From IMG/VR virus record IMGVR_UViG_3300009161_000023, positions 1-64,000 of that record: a stretch of DNA of 64,000 nucleotides. One strand, given 5' to 3'. Under the pieces are notes generated by a model. It made no database searches. It saw only the letters and a program-made list of their open reading frames with translations, and was not told the origin of the DNA. This DNA is from a virus. Position numbers and translations under genes: made by a program. Of the stretch, positions 57,898 through 64,000 are shown piece after piece (the first letter of the stretch is position 1; each line of letters begins with the position of its first letter).

Positions 57898-58755
57898 TTG
57901 ATAATTGGCACAAATTCTAAGTTTTTTGTGAATCAAAATAATTCCTTTGTTAAAGTTAATGACATATTAGGCCAGATAAACAAGAAAACTAATAATAAAG
58001 TATTAGATTTGCCTAATTTTACATTTGATGAATATTCTTTTAATTTAAAGTTTGAATCTAATAGCGAATACGATTTCATTAAAAAAATATGTGATAATTT
58101 TAATTCTATTCAAAACACTCTTAATATAGTCAACGCAAATTTATCGTTTTCTAAATTTATTGAAATACCAGATTCTAATTTTGTTATCGAATACAAAGAG
58201 AATTTGAAGAATTTTTTGAAAGTTAAAAATGTTTATGATATGAATTCTAAGAATTCTATGGATTATTATACTAATATTCTTCCTGCGTTAAATGGAATTA
58301 CTATAGCAGATAATTTATTTTTAGATAATAGATTAGTTAAAGTTTTTGTCAAGCTAGTAGACTTGTTTTTAACAGTTCCTTTAACTTTTTTTGAAGATGA
58401 CATGAATGAGTTTGTAAGAAAAAAATTCTTTTATGCTGGTGATTATTCTAAATATTCTAATGAAATAACATATTACTTTACCAGTAATTTCTGGCTCGCA
58501 CCAGAATATATTAATATTGCTAAGTTTGTACATGGCATTTTAAGTTTTTGTTATGAATTTGTATTAAATGAAGATTATTTAAAATTTTATAATATTAACG
58601 GTGATAATGTTGATGTTTTTGGTTATGACTATTTTGATTTAGTTAATTGTTTGAACAATAATAATAAAAGTTCTTTGAAGAAGTATTTATATTTCACTTA
58701 TAACTTCTTACCTGAATCATTAGTTAATGATATTGAAACATACATTAAACATTAA
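57898..58755 (+). CDS. Degenerate phiEco32-type COOH.NH2 ligase (type 2)-like protein
   Basis: IGTNSKFFV vs G.DPEFF; RKKFFYAGDY..SNFWL vs R..YG.AG.FR..LSNFW. Confidence 0.45.
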   Translation: MIIGTNSKFFVNQNNSFVKVNDILGQINKKTNNKVLDLPNFTFDEYSFNLKFESNSEYDFIKKICDNFNSIQNTLNIVNANLSFSKFIEIPDSNFVIEYKENLKNFLKVKNVYDMNSKNSMDYYTNILPALNGITIADNLFLDNRLVKVFVKLVDLFLTVPLTFFEDDMNEFVRKKFFYAGDYSKYSNEITYYFTSNFWLAPEYINIAKFVHGILSFCYEFVLNEDYLKFYNINGDNVDVFGYDYFDLVNCLNNNNKSSLKKYLYFTYNFLPESLVNDIETYIKH

Positions 58756-59400
58756 TCAAACATTACAAGATTTACATGACCATTTTTGATTTAATGATTT
58801 TAATTTTTTTAATTGTAAAATTAAAAAATCACCATTTAAGTGGAATTTATTTCTGCAATTGCTGCACCAAATAGCAGACTTGTTTTTACTTTTTGTTAAT
58901 TGTTTTCTTTTTTTTACAAGTGATAAAATATTAAAGTTTTTAATAAAGTCTGTTGGTATCTCAGGTAATTCTTTGACTGGAATTAAATCTTCTATCCAAA
59001 TATAATCTTCATTTGAATCTACATTACTAGGAGGAACTACAGATTGATGATTAAATCCTCTTATTTCAAAGTTTTTAATTTGAATTCTTGATATATTTAT
59101 GTGAGTGTTTTTAAACAAATGATGAAAAGATTTTTTACTTTTGTAAATAGGATGATTAATTGCTAAAAAATAATTATTAAGTATCTCATTGGCTTCTTCT
59201 GTATCTCCTTCTATATCAACGATGTTTCCAAGTAAAAATCCAATATTGTATTTTTTATTAGAATTTAATAAGTCGCAATAGTTTTTATGATTGTATTTAT
59301 TTTGCCATCCATAAAATATTGGCATTTTGGTATTTTGATGTAATAAAATTGGTTGGTAACCAAAATCTAAATATTTTAAAAATGCTTCTTTTGTTTTCAT
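58756..59400 (-). CDS. Bifunctional primase-polymerase (Prim-Pol) N-terminal domain protein
   Basis: PILL...K.P...W, NIGFLLG.IVDIE, FHHLF, EIRG....VVPPS; CxxC..CxxC tail. Confidence 0.75.
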   Translation of the reverse strand: MKTKEAFLKYLDFGYQPILLHQNTKMPIFYGWQNKYNHKNYCDLLNSNKKYNIGFLLGNIVDIEGDTEEANEILNNYFLAINHPIYKSKKSFHHLFKNTHINISRIQIKNFEIRGFNHQSVVPPSNVDSNEDYIWIEDLIPVKELPEIPTDFIKNFNILSLVKKRKQLTKSKNKSAIWCSNCRNKFHLNGDFLILQLKKLKSLNQKWSCKSCNV

Positions 59401-59445
59401 GAATTTCTTTTAATTTATAAAACTAAAAAAAACAATAGTAAAATA

Positions 59446-59474
59446 AAAAAAGCAGTCTTGTAGGACTGCTTTTT
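59446..59474. terminator. Intrinsic terminator, same family as 11771-11802
   Basis: AAAAAAGCAGTC-TTGTAG-GACTGCTTTTT. Confidence 0.8.
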
Positions 59475-59505
59475 AAAACTTAATGTAATGTTTTAAGCAT
59501 TACAA

Positions 59506-60528
59506 TTAATTATTGTTTCGTTGACTATAAAAGCTTTGAACATCTGCTGGGTTCATTTTACCAATAATATCAGCAATAACATGAGATTTTTCAGCTATAT
59601 CAGACATAGTATCTATAAGGATTCTTGGTATTTTTTCATCCTTTAATTTACTAAATAACACATCCATTTCTTGTTGTGTTCTTTGCAATTGCTGCATCAA
59701 CATACCATCTGAATTTTCATTTACTTTTTTTGAGTAATTTACATTACCTTTTTCAGTAAAATGCTTTTTTGTTTTTTTACCAAAATTCTTTTTTGATTTT
59801 TTGATTTTTTTTGATTCGTTTACCATACCATCAAAATTTTTCTTAGTTACACAAGAATTATCAAGCATATTAGCAACACTTTTTTGCCAATCTTTCATGG
59901 TAGGAATATGCTTTGGAATAGTATTTTCAGCTGCCATATAAGAACCACATCCAGACGAATACTTTTTCATGTGTTTCATTGAGCCAGATTCGTTGTCAGA
60001 AGAATCCTTGTTCATGCGTTTCATGTGTTTCATGTATTTCATTGAACCAGATTCTTTTGGCATATTTTCAGCTGACATATAAGAACCACATCCAGAAGAA
60101 TCTTTTTTCATGTATTTCATTGAACGAGATTCTTTGTCTTTTGGCATATTTTCTACTTCTATGCCCATGTCACCTTCTTCATCATGGTCTTCATCGTCAT
60201 GGTCTTCATCGTCATGGTCTTCATCGTCATGGTCTTCATCGTCATCATCGTAATCTTCATCATCTTCATCATCATCATCATCGTCTTCATCGTCATCATC
60301 GTAATCTTCATCGTCTTCATCGTCTTCTTCATCTTCATCATCTTCATCATCTTCGATATCTTCATCATCTTCATCATCTTCATCATCATCTTCGATATCT
60401 TCTTCATCTTCCATGTAAGATTCCATTTTCTTATCCATCATAACTCCCATGTTCTGAGGATTGGAAAGTCCAAGGTTGAAAGATAGCATGTTTTCGTTTA
60501 ACTTTTTCCATTTATTGTAATTAAGCAT
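59506..60528 (-). CDS. Highly acidic protein with leader (scaffold/core-like or disordered head protein)
   Basis: MLNYNKWKKLNE leader, AGGAG RBS, ~85-residue D/E tract, repeated MKHMK and SSGCGSYM.AEN. Confidence 0.7.
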   Translation of the reverse strand: MLNYNKWKKLNENMLSFNLGLSNPQNMGVMMDKKMESYMEDEEDIEDDDEDDEDDEDIEDDEDDEDEEDDEDDEDYDDDDEDDDDDDEDDEDYDDDDEDHDDEDHDDEDHDDEDHDEEGDMGIEVENMPKDKESRSMKYMKKDSSGCGSYMSAENMPKESGSMKYMKHMKRMNKDSSDNESGSMKHMKKYSSGCGSYMAAENTIPKHIPTMKDWQKSVANMLDNSCVTKKNFDGMVNESKKIKKSKKNFGKKTKKHFTEKGNVNYSKKVNENSDGMLMQQLQRTQQEMDVLFSKLKDEKIPRILIDTMSDIAEKSHVIADIIGKMNPADVQSFYSQRNNN

Positions 60529-60558
60529 AGTTTCTCCTAAAAAGGTTTACCTTATATA

Positions 60559-60816
60559 TCAAATAAAGAATTTTTTATTATCTTTTTTATTATTATTTTT
60601 ATTTAAATTTTTTTCCGACAATGCTTTTCGTATTATTTCTGCATTTTTACTCAATTTGTTTTGATTTGCTGGCAAAGGAGTTTTTTGATCGGCTTTTTTA
60701 TGTAACTCACTATAAATATTAGCTCTGCTAATTTTACTAGATATAACTTTATTTTTAGTAGGAGATGTGTTGAAGTTTTTTAATCTTGAGTTATTGTTGT
60801 TATTGCATCCACACAT
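60559..60816 (-). CDS. Small basic protein with N-terminal CGC
   Basis: MCGCNNNNN.., Lys/Asn-rich. Confidence 0.6.
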   Translation of the reverse strand: MCGCNNNNNSRLKNFNTSPTKNKVISSKISRANIYSELHKKADQKTPLPANQNKLSKNAEIIRKALSEKNLNKNNNKKDNKKFFI

Positions 60817-60836
60817 TTTTATCTTTCTAAAGTAAT

Positions 60837-60992
60837 TTATTTATTTCTTTTAATTCTTTTATTAACTACTTTTCTAATAATGTTTTTTCTTTGTTCGCTA
60901 TCGCCTCCACATCCACATCCTTGAGGTGAAGGTGGTACAGGTAACGAAGGAGCAATTCTTTTTTTATTTCTTTTTTTATTAAACTTCTGCAT
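60837..60992 (-). CDS. Small basic protein with GCGCGG motif (51 aa, not in ORF track)
   Basis: MQKFNKKRNKKRIAPSLPVPPSPQGCGCGGDSEQRKNIIRKVVNKRIKRNK*; TAAATA just upstream. Confidence 0.6.
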   Translation of the reverse strand: MQKFNKKRNKKRIAPSLPVPPSPQGCGCGGDSEQRKNIIRKVVNKRIKRNK

Positions 60993-61015
60993 GTAGTATT
61001 TATTGTCAATCAAAT

Positions 61016-61050
61016 AAAAAAGAGCAATTATTTTAAATAATTGCTCTTTT
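61016..61050 (-). terminator. Intrinsic terminator
   Basis: 15-bp stem AAAAGAGCAATTATT/AATAATTGCTCTTTT. Confidence 0.75.
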
Positions 61051-61065
61051 AAATAATTTTAAAAT

Positions 61066-61305
61066 TTATACAGTTGGTTCTTTTGGCAAAACAATGAAGC
61101 TTTTACAGCTTAATTTATTAGCTCTAGCATTACATGCTGATACAATAGCACTTTTGTTTTCATAAAGAGTACAGTTTGTATCTTTTTTCCTAATTTTCGT
61201 TGGCGTTAAACCGCTAATTGTGGCAATTGCTTCGTAGTATTCTTTGCCCTTAACAGTTGTTTTGCGAACTTGAAACTTAATCGTATCTTTAACACAAGTC
61301 TTCAT
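61066..61305 (-). CDS. Small hypothetical protein
   Basis: AGGAG RBS; 79 aa, basic. Confidence 0.7.
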   Translation of the reverse strand: MKTCVKDTIKFQVRKTTVKGKEYYEAIATISGLTPTKIRKKDTNCTLYENKSAIVSACNARANKLSCKSFIVLPKEPTV

Positions 61306-61355
61306 AACGATACTCCTAAAAAAAGGTTATATTCAATTATAGACAATTATTTATT

Positions 61356-61931
61356 TTACACAATAATATTTTTAGAATTTATAACTTCTCTTTTGTTTAA
61401 GGATTTAAATATTTTATTGTTAAAAAATGGAATTAACACTACTTTTCCCAAAGGTCTTTTGTTTTTTTCTTTAAAAGAACAAATAGCATTTACATAAGTT
61501 TTAACAAATAAATCTTTTTTAAAGTTTAATATTTTTTCAATGTTTAAAAATTGAAACAATTCTTCAAAAAAAAAGTTTAAATAATGCTTAAATAATTTAT
61601 CATCATTTATATTTTTTGTATTTATGAAAAACATTAAAGTTTCCCAGTTTACAGTTATAAATTTGTATTTATTTAAAATTATTATAATCGAATTGTAAAA
61701 AAAGGCTTTATTAATTTTAAGTATGGTTAAAAATTGTTTTATAGTAAAAACTATAGTGTTTTTTTTGGAAAAATTATTAAATGTACAAAATTCACATTTA
61801 TTTTTTTTAGTACAAAAATATGTTGGCTTGTAACTTATATCGCAGCAAAAACAAATAAAAAGCTTGTTTTTAATGAAAAATGAATTATTTTCAATTGTTT
61901 TAGGCACAAGAATAATTTGTTCTTTTGACAT
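61356..61931 (-). CDS. Hypothetical protein
   Basis: 191 aa, Cys cluster near the N-terminus. Confidence 0.5.
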   Translation of the reverse strand: MSKEQIILVPKTIENNSFFIKNKLFICFCCDISYKPTYFCTKKNKCEFCTFNNFSKKNTIVFTIKQFLTILKINKAFFYNSIIIILNKYKFITVNWETLMFFINTKNINDDKLFKHYLNFFFEELFQFLNIEKILNFKKDLFVKTYVNAICSFKEKNKRPLGKVVLIPFFNNKIFKSLNKREVINSKNIIV

Positions 61932-61959
61932 TTTATTTAATAAAAATTTAAAACAAAAC

Positions 61960-61967
61960 TATAAATA
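61960..61967 (+). promoter_or_regulatory. T4-type late promoter TATAAATA
   Basis: Exact match upstream of leader-bearing ORF 62063. Confidence 0.55.
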
Positions 61968-62062
61968 GATTAGAAACAATAGTTTATTTTATAACTATAA
62001 TCTTTTAGTATAATTAAAACCTTATAAAACTAAAAGATAAATTTTTTAAAGAAGAGGTAAAA

Positions 62063-62299
62063 ATGTTAACATTTGAAGAATGGGTTCACAGAAGTAATCC
62101 CCTTTTAGCAGAAAAAACATCTAGGGCTGGTATTGCTCATTGGGCTTATCCTCAAGGGTATGTAAGAGCACATTATCCTGCTAGTTATTTTACTCCTATA
62201 GCATCTGATGCTATACAAAAAATGGGTTCGACAGTTAAAGATACTGGTATTGATGTTAAGAAATTTAATTATTCTCAATTCAATGACACCGAATCTTAA
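62063..62299 (+). CDS. Small protein with leader
   Basis: GAGG RBS; MLTFEEWV....LAE; WAYP motif. Confidence 0.7.
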   Translation: MLTFEEWVHRSNPLLAEKTSRAGIAHWAYPQGYVRAHYPASYFTPIASDAIQKMGSTVKDTGIDVKKFNYSQFNDTES

Positions 62300-62317
62300 C
62301 ATTGAAATTTTACATTT

Positions 62318-62350
62318 AAAAAACTTGCATGTTAAGTGCAAGTTTTTTTT
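62318..62350. terminator. Bidirectional intrinsic terminator
   Basis: AAAAAACTTGCA-loop-TGCAAGTTTTTT between convergent genes. Confidence 0.8.
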
Positions 62351-62352
62351 AT

Positions 62353-62736
62353 TTAAAAAATAACATTTGAATATTCATCTTCAAAATCATCTTTATTTTC
62401 AACATTAATTACTATAAAATCTTGTATTCCTTTTAATCTAAGTTTATGATCATGACTTAAAATGGATTCAATTGGCTTATTTATTAAATCTGGTACATTA
62501 GTCCAATAAGCCCATTGAGTATCAGAACTAGGATTTTGAAAAACCATATTAAGCTTGTAATACTTATCAAGAATTTTTTCTACTTCTTCTTCTGAAATTC
62601 CAGCTTCTTTTGCTATAGCAGATACGCTTCTCCATTTCCACTTTTTATTTCTTGCTAAACTTTTAAATAATTTTTCTTCTATATCGCCTTGCATTGTACC
62701 TTTTGGGTAAACATCATACCAATTTGAAATATTCAT
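62353..62736 (-). CDS. Winged-HTH-like protein
   Basis: WRSVSAIAKEAGISEEEVEKIL. Confidence 0.65.
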   Translation of the reverse strand: MNISNWYDVYPKGTMQGDIEEKLFKSLARNKKWKWRSVSAIAKEAGISEEEVEKILDKYYKLNMVFQNPSSDTQWAYWTNVPDLINKPIESILSHDHKLRLKGIQDFIVINVENKDDFEDEYSNVIF

Positions 62737-62809
62737 ATAATTATCCTTTAAAAAATACTTAATGTTATTATAATAAATTGTTATATAAAAATATTGCTTA
62801 AAGGAAAAA

Positions 62810-63214
62810 ATGAAAAATAAAAAAAATGATTTTAGTGGAAAAGGAGTTTATATATATGAGAACAATACGAATGCAGATTTAATGTTGCCAAAATTAAATA
62901 TGGATAACAAAAAATTTGTTGGTCCTCATAAGATTTTTAAAGGAGATAGTTATTTCCTTAGATTAGTAAAAACAAATGAATTAAAACTAATTCAAGTTAT
63001 TGATAATGGAGAAGAAAAACCTATGAATGAAAATAAATTAATTTTAGATCAGCCTGATATTGTTAAATCCGCTGGTAAAATTGAACATGTGCAAACAAGT
63101 TCTAATGTTCCAATTAATGATTCAAAAAATAATTTAATTGATGATCCAGATGAAAAAAAAGATATATTGTTAAATGAAAATCCTTCTGGAAGCATTGAAA
63201 TTGTTATTAATTAA
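62810..63214 (+). CDS. Hypothetical protein
   Basis: AAGGA RBS; 134 aa. Confidence 0.65.
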   Translation: MKNKKNDFSGKGVYIYENNTNADLMLPKLNMDNKKFVGPHKIFKGDSYFLRLVKTNELKLIQVIDNGEEKPMNENKLILDQPDIVKSAGKIEHVQTSSNVPINDSKNNLIDDPDEKKDILLNENPSGSIEIVIN

Positions 63215-63614
63215 ATTTGTGTTTTGAAATTTCAAATTTTGTTAAAATATAATTTTTAAATAAATTTATTTTCTTATATAATCTTTCGTGAAGATTGTAA
63301 TATTCAACTTCATTGAAGTTTATCCAATTGTAATCTAAATGCTCTTCGCTTAGAGTACAGTGAAATTTATTTTTAACTAACATTACATATGTAACAAAAT
63401 ACCTGTTTTTGGTAAAATCAGGAAACTTTCCAATTTCTATGCCTTTAGGAAGAAATCCAATTTCTTCCTTGGTTTCTCTGCAAGCTGTATCCCAGCTGCT
63501 TTCTTTATTTTCTTCTTTTCCTCCTGGTATGCTCCAAATTTTATTTCTTGAATTTTTCAATAAAATTAAGAAACTTTCTCCATTTGTAAAAAATATACCA
63601 GCAGATTTCTTCAA
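63207..63614 (-). CDS. Nudix hydrolase
   Basis: GGKEENKESSWDTACRETKEEIG Nudix box. Confidence 0.9.
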   Translation of the reverse strand: MKKSAGIFFTNGESFLILLKNSRNKIWSIPGGKEENKESSWDTACRETKEEIGFLPKGIEIGKFPDFTKNRYFVTYVMLVKNKFHCTLSEEHLDYNWINFNEVEYYNLHERLYKKINLFKNYILTKFEISKHKFN

Positions 63615-64000
63615 TTTTTTGGCCCTCTTTTTAAATTAATACCTTTTAGTTTTTCTTTATGCATGTCTTTTTTATTTTTTAAATCATCCATTATGCTTTT
63701 TAAACTTTTAGTCATACTAGAAGCATTTATTTCTCCGCTAATTTTTTCATTGCTAGTTACAGAAACAGTTTTTTTACTTTTATTATAGAAACCTTTGCTT
63801 AGTACAAACATATCAATTTTATGATTGTAACTTATTAGTCCACACCAGCCTCCATCATCCCAGTTTCTTGCACTTACAATTATTCTATATGGTTCTTCAT
63901 CAAATATTAATTTAACATGATATCCTTCTCTTTTTAAAGCAGCACTTACATATCCAAGTGAAATTTTTGCAAATCCACTTAATGCATCTTCTTTATTTGT
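63611..64000 (-). CDS. Hypothetical protein, 5' end beyond the window
   Basis: Frame of ORF 63611-63811 stays open to base 64000 (..YRIIVSARNWDDGGWCGLISY..). Confidence 0.7.
   Translation of the reverse strand, partial: TNKEDALSGFAKISLGYVSAALKREGYHVKLIFDEEPYRIIVSARNWDDGGWCGLISYNHKIDMFVLSKGFYNKSKKTVSVTSNEKISGEINASSMTKSLKSIMDDLKNKKDMHKEKLKGINLKRGPKN

Noticed and set aside
59979-60486. His-rich, Met/Lys-rich and Ile/Phe-rich ORFs (59979-60443 +, 60159-60407 -, 60184-60486 +)
   Set aside because: Shadow frames of the Asp/Glu repeat in 59506-60528, which has the RBS and leader.
1642-63639. Numerous 60-110 aa antisense or nested ORFs (e.g. 1642, 5192, 7410, 8021, 21750, 45507, 46581, 52865, 62105, 63409)
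   Set aside because: They lie fully within well-supported genes, lack RBS or motifs, and have composition typical of reverse frames.
1-64000. Genome-wide stop-codon reassignment
   Set aside because: Conserved genes are intact in the standard code and TAA, TAG and TGA all occur as genuine ends. The single in-frame TAA at 27973 is a local case.
1-64000. Eukaryotic giant virus or bacterial chromosome origin
   Set aside because: T4-type sheath, tube, gp15, gp26, gp55, gp46/47 and UvsW, plus bacterial promoters, RBS and terminators, indicate a tailed bacteriophage; no rRNA or housekeeping operons.

Overview
This is a 64-kb, strongly AT-rich segment of a large T4-like (contractile-tailed, jumbo/huge-type) bacteriophage genome, read in the standard genetic code. 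Replication and recombination genes: DnaB/gp41-type helicase, UvsY-like protein, a short PolA, intein-containing UvsW, gp47/gp46 (Mre11/Rad50) and an Hjc-type resolvase. Nucleotide metabolism: monomeric class II RNR, CTP synthase, Nudix hydrolase. Transcription: gp55-like late sigma, an ECF sigma and a sigma-region-2-like protein. It also has a glycan/phosphopolyol module (IspD-like, RgpF-like, GT25-kinase, LicD, two GT9-like paralogs), a tail module (gp15, gp18 sheath, two gp19-like tubes, gp26/gp51-like) and many proteins starting with a T4 capsid-targeting-like leader. The main finding is a sigma70-driven unit in which a non-canonical tRNA-Gly(UCC) sits 13 nt upstream of a Mom-family DNA-adenine hypermodification enzyme. 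The tRNA keeps every GlyRS identity element but lacks ribosome/EF-Tu features, which suggests a dedicated non-proteinogenic glycyl donor for DNA modification. Other highlights are a probable programmed -1 frameshift (T TTT TTC) fusing gp26 to an ATG-less gp51-like frame, and paired polyprotein-like genes that swap ParB-like and ADP-ribosyltransferase-like cargo behind a shared linker. All assignments come from motif reading; no database searches were run.
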